A DNA stretch of 63,884 bases, the filler included, from Octopus bimaculoides (taxonomy: Eukaryota): assembly GCF_001194135.2 (NCBI RefSeq). It is 5 parts of 5 records of this genome, joined end to end, with 100 filler letters (N's around TTAATTAATTAA, not from the genome) between each part and the next. Parts side by side here need not be neighbours in the genome. Positions count along the whole stretch, not along the records: positions 37,376 to 62,063 come from NC_068986.1; positions 62,164 to 63,884 come from NW_026344169.1; 3 more parts are not named here. One strand, given 5' to 3'. A model generated the notes under the pieces. That model was not told the DNA's origin. It worked only from the letters and a program-made list of their open reading frames with translations, and searched no databases. The translations under genes were made by a program, and so were the position numbers. Positions 54,892 to 63,884 of this stretch are shown piece by piece (position 1 is the first letter of the stretch; each line of letters starts with the position of its first letter).

Positions 54892-56756
54892 TTAATTGAA
54901 AAACAGCCTTTGCTGGTTTCCCTTCTTACATGTTTTATAGTTTGCTTTCCATACATAAAGAGTAATTCATTGTTTCAAACAGAGCAAGATATCTGCTAAA
55001 TTTCTTCAATCTAGCTGAAACAATGTGAAGATGTTGACCCAAATATAATCTAAAATATTTAATGCAGCAAAAATGAAAAAGCTAACAAGAAAAAATTATG
55101 AAGAAAAAGCGATAATAAATTACTAATATTTTCATTTTGTAATTTAAATCCTGTTAAGATTAATTTTACTCCTATCCCCTGGGATAAGAACACAAATCTC
55201 TTTAACTGGCTGTACACTTGTTCCAAGAAAACTGGAAGTATTTTTCAGAGCTGCTGGGCTATGAGGCATGTAACATGTTGCAACATTATGACAAAGAAAG
55301 AATATTATATGAAAACAAACATTTTTCTAGTTGCTAAAGAGAATGGGGGTTGGTATTTATCAGTGTGAAAACCTGATTTGACATAAGCTATTTTCCATTT
55401 CATAACTTTCGGTTCTAGTCTATCTACTGGGTCTATTGACCTCACAACTTCCCCATCAGTTGAGTTACAAAGGATAAAGAAAGAAAAGTAATTACAATAA
55501 AGTTACATTATTAATGTGATAAAACCAAGGACAAAATAAGTAAACAGGTTAAGAATAAAAAACACTAAATAGCAGATGAATATGACCATAGTATTTATTT
55601 TAAATAATAAACCCATATGGAAGTTATGAAGAAACTACCATACAGTAATGTAGGTTGTTATGCCACAGTTGATGGTCAGAATGAGACTTTGGACTGTGTC
55701 AGAAACAATTCAAATTCAGCAGCTGTTCTAGCTGTTTCACTTGTAGATTAAGAAAGAGTGTGTGCATGTATGTGTGTGTGAGTGTATGTATGTGTGTGTG
55801 TCTATACACACAAACACACTCATACATATGTGTGAATTGATTAATGTTTTGTTTTTTATGTAAAATTTATCAAAACAGTTGAACATTAATTGAAGGATCA
55901 CTCAATAATTTTCAGTAGAGTATCATATATATTTTTACTAAGACAAAATTGACAGTGACTTTAAAAGTTTTGGCTTATTTGCCACCTATCAACAGTTTGA
56001 TGACGGCTAGTAAGCCAAAACTTTGAAGTCACTGTCAAACTTTATTTTATAAAATACATATGAATACACACACACATACATGCACACACACATAGATGAA
56101 AGCTATATATATATTATTATATACACAACAATTGATTTTAGCAAACTTTTTATAGTCACCCATATGAAGATAAAATAAGATAGGGAAATAAAACAAAATT
56201 GAATAAAAATCAACAATTTTTGTCCTGAATTCATCAGGCCCATCTAATTTTCTTTTCCTTTTGCTCAAAGATAACAATCTAATTTAAAAGATAAACAAGT
56301 GTTATAAAAACTGGGAATAGGGGAGCATCATATATATTAATAAGATTGAAATGAATCAAATGAGATAGCAGCAGCTTAGTGGAAAAGATAAAATATATTG
56401 AAAGAATGTATATGCAGAATTAGTTTGGGCATTGCAAATGTAAAAGTAAAGAATGAGAGAGAGAAAGAAGTGAGTGTGATAGAAAGAGATGGAGAGAGGG
56501 GAAATAACGAAAAAGTAGAGAAATAGATAAGCTAAATAAAATGAAAAAAATTAAATAAAAGAACAAAAAAAACAACACTGTTCGTTAAAATAGGGAGTTT
56601 GGGATATTTTTACTGTTGAGTTGGACTGTATCATAGTTGTAGTTAGAAGAGCAGCCACTAAAATGCAAACAGTAAAGTTTGAAATTTACATAATTTAGCG
56701 AAAATTAGCCCCACTTGTTCCTGGAATATTAGTAAGTGGGATCATTAATTAAAATG

Positions 56757-59186
56757 TCAAGTATCAGTATCCATTGGAGACTCTTCACAGTGTTGATGTG
56801 TCTCAGGAACATATCTGGTTGTGGATTGTTCAGGCTTAGAAGGGAGATACTGGTGTTCAATGAGAGTGTCTTCAGGTTTGATGCTTGCATCATACATCTT
56901 TCTAAGAAACTGCTGTGTAGTTGATGCTGGTTGTGCTTTGGAGATATCTTGGTCAACATTAACACTTTCATGAACATCAACAAAGTGCGATGGGGGCATT
57001 TCAATCACAGGCAACTGTTGAGATGAGGCAGGGTTATTGTTTCCAGTAGAAGTGAGATCGACATCAGCTGACTGAAAAGCTGATTGATTTACTGTAATAA
57101 GCTTTTCTGGACTAGTTGATTCTTGTATGACCATTTCTTCAACTGTTTCTTCAGAAATAACTTCACAAGATTCTAATGATGTAGGCTTAGATTTACAAAT
57201 GATTGTGCAAGATTCAATAGTAGTAGGCTGAGGAGAACTTGGAGATGGTGATGAGCTTGGAGTATCAACTAGAGTTTGATTTTTAGATGGCTCTGAGGGA
57301 AAATAATTGCTGATGGGATTGATGATGACTAAGTTTTCTGGGGTGGGCAATTCTAATCTTTTTTTTGTGTTGTGTTCAACTGGAAATATTTCAGTAGAGA
57401 TTTGGTAAGGTTTTGCATCCTTTTGACTGTTATTTTCTATTGAAACAATGGGTTGAGATTTTGTACTAGATGATTCCTTTTTAGGGGTAGAAATTTCAAC
57501 GGAGGTTAAATCCTTGTTCACATCTAAAGAAAAACTAGGAGTTTTCTCAGTTTTCAGTGAACACGACAAGCTAGTTGTTGGTTTGAGTTCTGCTATAACT
57601 GATTGTGCTTTGGGGTGATCAATACGTGATACATCTGAGGATCTGGATTGAGTAACAGTATGTCGTTCAGACTCTTTGTTAATAGTAGGGCTTGGTATTA
57701 AACTAGTTTCCCTTTCAGTCACATTTGATGTTGGCACTGAAACAGATATCTCTTTATGGGCCAGATTTGGTGATGGCACACATGAAGGCATCTCTTTCTG
57801 AGCAACTACACACAGCTCTGCTTTTGGTTCAATATTAGCCTCTGACACTGTTGAAAATTGTTTTTTGGGAATTGCAACAGGAGCAGTTTCTTTTTGAAAT
57901 TCTTTCACTGATGAAGATGTGTTTGCTTCAGACATATTTGCTGACAACATAGCATGGGGATCTTGTGGAGTAGCTTCAGTAACTGATGTTGGCATTAAAT
58001 TCTCTTTTTTGTGATCATGAGCTGTGGCTACTGAACTAGAAGATTCTGTGGCAGCAAGACATTGAGGGGAAGATTTTTCACAAACATTTAAATCCCAAGA
58101 AGAGGTAATTGTTTCACTCTTACTATGTTTTGAACTTGTTGACACTTGTTTATGCTTAGACATTGAAGAGAAATCTTTATGACTGAAATTAGAATGAGAA
58201 TCTGATTTTGAAACTTTAGGAACAAAACTGGACCCAAGCCCTGATTTTGATGATTCGTGTTTAGTAACAGTAGGTTTTGTAGCTATTTTAAATGCTTCGT
58301 GTTTAGTGTGTGGTTTGGATTCTGAAGTTAAAAATTCAGGTTTGGTCACAGAAAATGTAGATTTTGATAATGATTCTTGCTTTTTAAAAGGATTTTGTGT
58401 GCATGACAGAGATTTTTGTTTAGCAGTGTGGGAATAATCTTGTGTAACTATAGTTGGAATTTGTGCTTTGCTAGAATGCTCAGATTTAACAAAAGAATAT
58501 TTTGAAACTGAAGGACTCTTATGTTTGTGTGCTGGATTTTGTGTTACTGAAGAACTGTCTCGTTTCATAGAAGGATGATCATGTCCTGAAATCTTTCTTT
58601 CAGATTTGCTCACAGAAGAGCTTGGCTCCTTATGTGTGAATGAAGGCTCCTTTTTGGTAACAGAATGCTCTTTTTTCCCTGACGATTCCAATTTACAACC
58701 AGATGCTTTCTTGTGGTGTTTGCCACTGGAATCAGGAATCACAGACTGGGAATCATGATGGCTTTTAGAAATTGATTCTGACTTGTTATGACAGAGTATG
58801 GTTTGTGGAGCTAATGGTACAGATTCATGTGGTTGCTTTTGTGGATGTGATGAATGCATATGATTATCAGGAGTTAGCTGCTTGGCTTCAGGGTCTTCTG
58901 ACTTTATATTGTGAACTGAAGGTTCTTGCTTAACAGAGCTTTCTTGTTCCATAGGTTCTTCTTTATTTTTATCTGCTTCGTCCTCATCATCAGTTTGAAG
59001 ATCAGGATAGTAGCTGCGTAATCTCACATGCCAAGCAATGCTCGTAACTGCTGAAACAGTTTTGAACTGGTGTACAACATTCCTTGGGATAAAATAGATA
59101 TCATTATGTCGGAGTTGAATACGTGCATAACGAATACCTTCTCTATGTAACTGGTTCAATTTTGCATCCTCCACCCAGGTAACACA
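56757..59186 (-). CDS. RSBN1: RSBN1/RSBN1L (KDM9, DPY-21 family lysine demethylase) terminal coding exon
   Basis: Acceptor ttttctAG at 59188-59187, then phase 0 TGT GTT ACC TGG GTG: [56 protein letters not shown], which I recognise as the RSBN1 family C-terminal conserved block. The frame stays open to TGA at 56759-56757. The ORF-track start at 59174 is an internal GTG, not the true start. Confidence 0.93.
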   Translation of the reverse strand, partial: CVTWVEDAKLNQLHREGIRYARIQLRHNDIYFIPRNVVHQFKTVSAVTSIAWHVRLRSYYPDLQTDDEDEADKNKEEPMEQESSVKQEPSVHNIKSEDPEAKQLTPDNHMHSSHPQKQPHESVPLAPQTILCHNKSESISKSHHDSQSVIPDSSGKHHKKASGCKLESSGKKEHSVTKKEPSFTHKEPSSSVSKSERKISGHDHPSMKRDSSSVTQNPAHKHKSPSVSKYSFVKSEHSSKAQIPTIVTQDYSHTAKQKSLSCTQNPFKKQESLSKSTFSVTKPEFLTSESKPHTKHEAFKIATKPTVTKHESSKSGLGSSFVPKVSKSDSHSNFSHKDFSSMSKHKQVSTSSKHSKSETITSSWDLNVCEKSSPQCLAATESSSSVATAHDHKKENLMPTSVTEATPQDPHAMLSANMSEANTSSSVKEFQKETAPVAIPKKQFSTVSEANIEPKAELCVVAQKEMPSCVPSPNLAHKEISVSVPTSNVTERETSLIPSPTINKESERHTVTQSRSSDVSRIDHPKAQSVIAELKPTTSLSCSLKTEKTPSFSLDVNKDLTSVEISTPKKESSSTKSQPIVSIENNSQKDAKPYQISTEIFPVEHNTKKRLELPTPENLVIINPISNYFPSEPSKNQTLVDTPSSSPSPSSPQPTTIESCTIICKSKPTSLESCEVISEETVEEMVIQESTSPEKLITVNQSAFQSADVDLTSTGNNNPASSQQLPVIEMPPSHFVDVHESVNVDQDISKAQPASTTQQFLRKMYDASIKPEDTLIEHQYLPSKPEQSTTRYVPETHQHCEESPMDTDT

Positions 59187-59777
59187 CTAGAAAACAGAAT
59201 GATGGAATTTTATTTATATGATAGTTTTAGAAGAATGAAAATTTAGGAAAACAAAACAAATGCCATACTTCATATAATGTTTTACTATCATGGTATACTT
59301 TTAAAGTAGTATAGATTTTTAGATCTTGCATTATAGATTTCTGAAGTTGTACTAAAGTGTATGAATTAATGTATGTTTCTTGAGGTTTTTATATTTATCT
59401 TTCTTTTGCTGCTGTTACAGATTTAGTAGGTTTGTTGTATCCCTTCAATTTAGTTGCCTTTATCTCTTTTCTCTTTGACTCATATTACCTGCACCTGTCC
59501 ATGTAACTAGCCTCAACTACAAAAGTAGATTAAACATGAAGCAGCAATAGTTTCATTCAAGATTTAATTCCAACAAAATAAAGATAAAAATGTCACTAAA
59601 GACACAACCTATATTTTTCATGCCAACAGACTTCTTGTCAGAAAGCTAATGTTTGTATTACTGGAATCAAAGGCTCTACTCTTAAAATTCATATCAACTG
59701 TAATCAAACATAAATGTTTAACATTCTTCCCTACTAGAATAGTAAATGTACAATTTGAATAAATTTATGATACCTAC

Positions 59778-59889
59778 TTGTGATACAGGGGGTTCATGTA
59801 AATCAAGTTGCATCTTATTAACTAATTCAAGGAAATCTCCTGGGTGGAAACAGATCACATCTTTAACAATTCTGTTCTGCTTAGGAACT
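59778..59889 (-). CDS. RSBN1: RSBN1 internal exon (112 nt, phase 2 to 0)
   Basis: taattttacAG|A GTT CCT...TCA CAA|GTAGGT; encodes [37 protein letters not shown], matching the RSBN1 RITKDVICFH...[10 protein letters not shown] block; in frame with both neighbouring exons. Confidence 0.92.
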
Positions 59890-60014
59890 CTGTAAAATTA
59901 GAACATTGGAGATGTTATTCCAGCAAGAATAATTTTTGAAAAGAAAGATCAAAAGAAAATCAACAGTAATGAAGTAAAAATACTAATTTGGCAAAACAAT
60001 GAGAGAAACCATAC

Positions 60015-60182
60015 TCTTTTGGTTTATTGACAGCTTTTAGTACCCCTACAGCTGCAGTTGTGCGCCTATCAAATCCATGTCCCACATGGTCAGCATGGCA
60101 ACGAGTTCTGTCCTCCACTAAAATTTCCCGTGGTTCTGATGCACGAGGTAAATACTGTAAATTTTTCAACTCATTCATCCCT
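60015..60182 (-). CDS. RSBN1: RSBN1 internal exon (168 nt, phase 2 to 2) carrying the H-x-D iron-binding motif
   Basis: ttttttccAG|A GGG ATG...AAA GA|GTATGG; encodes GMNELKNLQYLPRASEPREILVEDRTRCHADHVGHGFDRRTTAAVGVLKAVNKPK, matching RSBN1 NLQYLPRTSEPRE...EDRTRAHADH. Upstream exons were not found in this window. Confidence 0.92.
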
Positions 60183-60392
60183 CTGGAAAAAAGAAAAAGA
60201 AAAAAAAGACTTAATTCATTGCAACACAACCTTTTTAGAAAGTTTTAAAGAATACTGTAAGATAATGAATAAATATCATATGCAACTAAGAGGCTGGATT
60301 TTCTCAGTGGGTAATGCTCCAGGCACTGGTACTGGTGTTCTTATGACTAAATACTGCCTGTTCAACTGAGAGAGATAATTATAAAGTAGTTA

Positions 60393-60980
60393 GTGGTCCC
60401 AGATCAGACAGAAGCAGGATTTCATCCAGAATGCTTGAGCTGTTTAAGGTCTAAGATATTCAATTACTATATCCGTACTACATAATCTCAACACTATTCT
60501 GGTAGATACAGTGCTTGACTGGTATGGTTTTTTTGCTGACTCTGGCAGAATGAATGGCAGGATTTAAACTCAGAATGTAAAAAGTCAGAACAAATAAGGC
60601 AAGGTATTTTATCTGATGCTCTAATGATTCTGCCAATCCACTGCTAAAACAATAATAAAAATATCTGTGTTTGAAGTTGGTGAAATTACTAAATGTGCAA
60701 TAAAAGATGAAATGGCGAATATAGTTTGATGGTTCAAATCATGTCAAGATTTAAGTAGCCTTTTAATTTTCCAATAAAATATCAAGGTGAAAGTAATTCA
60801 TTAATCTTCCTACTGAAACAGCTAAAGTAAATATAAAAAGACTATAATGAAACTTCTGATAATGTATCTACCAGAATAGTGTTGAGATTATGTAGTACGG
60901 ATATAGTAATTGAATATCTTAGACCTTAAACAGCTCAAGCATTCTGGATGAAATCCTGCTTCTGTCTGATCTGGGACCAC
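60393..60980. repeat. Perfect 118-bp inverted repeat with 352-bp spacer
   Basis: 60393-60510 is the exact reverse complement of 60863-60980 (checked base by base). Confidence 0.95.
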
Positions 60981-61782
60981 ATACACTTCATCAATAAATA
61001 CTGAAGCATACCCAGTACATATTGCAAAAGATTTTCCTGATTTTCACAACAAATAACCGACCACTTGATTGGCAAAATAAAAGGTTGGATTCAATCCTAA
61101 TTTCCAATGCGCAGTTGGACTTACATTATGCTCTGAACAAGGCACTTTATTGTTTGCTCCAATTAGTTTGATTAACAAAGCCAAAAACAGATTTCACTCC
61201 TACTTCACATGCTGAGTGGTAAGAGAGAGACATTCAGCTGTGAAAACAATTGCATCAATGAGCCCATGAAGAAATTTCTGTGATAACTTGACCTGGTAGA
61301 AATGTGATCAAACCTCCATCATATCACATCATATAACCTTAAAAAACAAAGGACAATGGTTTAGAAACAAAGAAAAAAAAAAAAGAAGAAGATTATAGCA
61401 GATCATAGATTTGCTTCATTTCTCCATCCAACAAATAAACTATTTCATCAACTTAACTATGAAAAGCATGAGTGTGAAATGGAATACAGCTAAAACAAAG
61501 AAAACTTAATGGTTTGCAACCTAACCAAATGAAGACACCAGGTTCTGTTGATCAGGAAGAGAAGGATATTTTATTCCTCAATATTTTTCTCAAACCACTG
61601 GCACAATTCTTTTTCTGAGTTTTTAGCTCAGTCAAAATTCAAACTAAATGCTGCTCCATCATAACATTACATGTTGACAAAAATAATAAAAACAAAATAT
61701 TATAACCAATATAATTGAAGCTTTATCATTTGGTAGAAAAGTGGTTTGGGGATTTCTTTGGGGAACACTTTTTATCCAAATA

Positions 61783-62062
61783 CTAGCAGTATAACCCGAC
61801 GTTGTCCGGGTGTGACTTACTACGCCATCTACGATAAGTCTTGCAAGGTGAAAATCAACTGAAAAAGAAAGCCTTACAATGAAAAAACCCTTATGATGTA
61901 AATATGTTCATAATTCAAAAGACGATGAAATTAATAGGGAAAGTCTGAAGGTTGTTTTGCATAACATTATTAAGTGTACGTAAATTCCATCCGTCTAATT
62001 GGCTATAGAAATGCTTGTGCAAAACAACTTTTTGCGCTGCCCAGATTATACATAGCAGGGTA
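61783..62062 (-). mobile_element. Helitron 3' end
   Basis: Minus strand ends CCCGGACAACGTCGGG hairpin (61810-61795), short spacer, then CTAG followed by T. Confidence 0.8.
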
Positions 62063-62877
62063 ANNNNNNNNNNNNNNNNNNNNNNNNNNNNNNNNNNNNN
62101 NNNNNNNTTAATTAATTAANNNNNNNNNNNNNNNNNNNNNNNNNNNNNNNNNNNNNNNNNNNNTATTTTTATAGCTTTATATATTTTTACACATTTTTTC
62201 TCGTTTTTACCTTTCACCCAGGTTTATAAGCGTGCGTATATAAACGTGTATATTTTTGTGCGGGTGTGTGTTTTACCGTGTGTGTGGGTATGTATATATT
62301 TTTCGACAATGTGTGGGTACACATGTGTGTTTTTCAAGTGAGTATGGATGTGCATATGCATTTAGGCACATGTACGTAAGTGTGCGTGCGCGCATGTGTA
62401 TGTGTGGACATGCACGCATACGCGTTTCCTATGAGCAGTTTTACTCCCTTACTTTTTATATTCTTATTGCTTTATTTTTTACACCTGTTTCTGTATTTTG
62501 TCTTTCACCTTGTTTTTTTCTTGTGTATGTGCGTATATAGACGGGTATATGAGCCGTTTTGTGCGTGTGTGTGTGTGTGTGAGCGTGTGCGTGTATGTGT
62601 ATATTCTTTGGCGAATATGTGGGTGCGTATGTGTGTGTTTCAAGTGAGTGTGAATGAGCATATTATATATAGGCACATGTAGGTGGGTGTGCGTGCGCGC
62701 ATGTGTATGTATGGACATGCGCTCTTATGCGATTGCTATGAGCATTTTTACTCCCTTACCTTTTACTTAGCGGTCATTCTAATGCCTCTTTTGTCTTAAT
62801 AACGGTCAATTACATAGTAATTACATAGTAATTTCCCTTTGTTTAACGGTCATTTTCATAGCATGCTTTGATGGCCC

Positions 62878-62939
62878 GATAACTGAAAAAGATGCCGGTG
62901 CGGGTTTCCGCCCCGACATCTGAAACTCGGAGTTTTATC
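62878..62939 (+). ncRNA. Type I hammerhead ribozyme relic with G8-to-A core change
   Basis: GAUAA-CUGAAAA-AGAUG...CAUCU-GAAAC-UCGGA-GUU-UUAUC. Stems I, II and III all pair; one core deviation (CUGAAAA instead of CUGANGA). Confidence 0.7.
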
Positions 62940-62978
62940 ATGGCCACCGAATAATTGTCACATATTATATTTACTGAA

Positions 62979-63031
<53 letters not shown>

Positions 63032-63316
63032 TATATATCATTGCTATTAGGCAAAAGTGTCGTAAGTCCAAAAGGTTGCTTTTCAAAAAACGAAAAAAAA
63101 AAAATAGTTTACCCATTCCATAGCAATTTGATGATTTGTATATCTTGGCATTTGCAGCAGCTGGAGATAGGACAGATTGACCAAAAGAACCGACTATTGC
63201 ATGTAAGAATAAATATTGAAAAGTAAACGCATTTGGACAAAGAGAAAGGCTTTGGAAGTAAGAGCGAAGGGTTAATCTGGAATCCAGGAGATGAGGAGCA
63301 GTGCCTTGGCCACCAC

Positions 63317-63400
63317 TTCTCTATCCCAAATCATAATATCAGGTCTGTTGTGCTTACATTGTATTGAGGTCTTCACTGGTACATTCCACCAGTATTCCTT
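63317..63400 (-). mobile_element. Small R4/Dong-like RLE fragment
   Basis: KEYWWNVPVKTSIQCKHNRPDIMIWDRE (HNRPD endonuclease motif). Confidence 0.65.
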
Positions 63401-63841
63401 TTTAATATGAGTACAAATATATGTATGTATATATGTATGTATGTATGTATGTATGGTGTGAAATATAATAATGTGTTATTGATGCGTTGAATATGGAATT
63501 ATGTCGAATTACAGCCACATAGTATAGATCAATATAATAGAGGATGTCGAAGATGTGTAAAATGAGAAGGAAGAAGGGGAAATTGTGTGGTATTATAAAT
63601 TGTTTACAGAAACTGCTGTTAGAAAATATTATACTACCCACTTTAGTATGTATTAGGTTTCCTCCCAACTCATAAAAAAAGAACAGTCATGTTTATAGGT
63701 AATTAATATGACTCTTGTAATAGGCACAAAACACACATTTATTTATGTGTGGTTGATGCCTGTGTGTGTGCTTGGAGAGGGAGAGATATTGGAAGTGATA
63801 AACAGATATATTGATACACATATATGCATAATTGCATATAT

Positions 63842-63884
<43 letters not shown>

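Noticed and set aside
38581-56000. TMEM60 or PHTF as a syntenic RSBN1 neighbour
   Set aside because: No matching peptide motif found in the ORF track or in the segments I translated by hand.
56729-57004. Plus-strand ORFs overlapping the RSBN1 3' end
   Set aside because: Antisense shadows of a stop-poor coding exon.

Overview
AT-rich, microsatellite- and retroelement-dense eukaryotic draft scaffold with many N gaps. SINE, RTE and Penelope content resembles an octopus (coleoid cephalopod) genome; the species call is inference. The only confidently recognised protein gene is the 3' half of RSBN1/RSBN1L (KDM9, DPY-21 family JmjC-like demethylase) on the minus strand. Three spliced exons are visible (60015-60182, 59778-59889, 56757-59186), the H-x-D...H triad is intact, and the C-terminal tail is very long and low-complexity. 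The rest is mostly decayed transposons: Penelope, Tc1/mariner, hAT, RTE, R4/Dong-like RLE LINEs, Helitron ends, an internally deleted piggyBac with TIRs and TTAA, and many tRNA-derived SINEs. Most notable non-obvious signals: (1) a complete type I hammerhead ribozyme with an 86-nt structured stem II insertion at 32076-32204 (-), plus five more hammerhead or hammerhead-like relics of different sequence; (2) a perfect 118-bp inverted repeat in an RSBN1 intron whose stem base overlaps a branch point of a cryptic acceptor; (3) a phase-consistent three-exon minus-strand small-gene candidate near an RFX X-box; (4) a CpG-decay boundary at about 38.6 kb with a candidate first exon. Most ORFs in the supplied track are gap or microsatellite artefacts.
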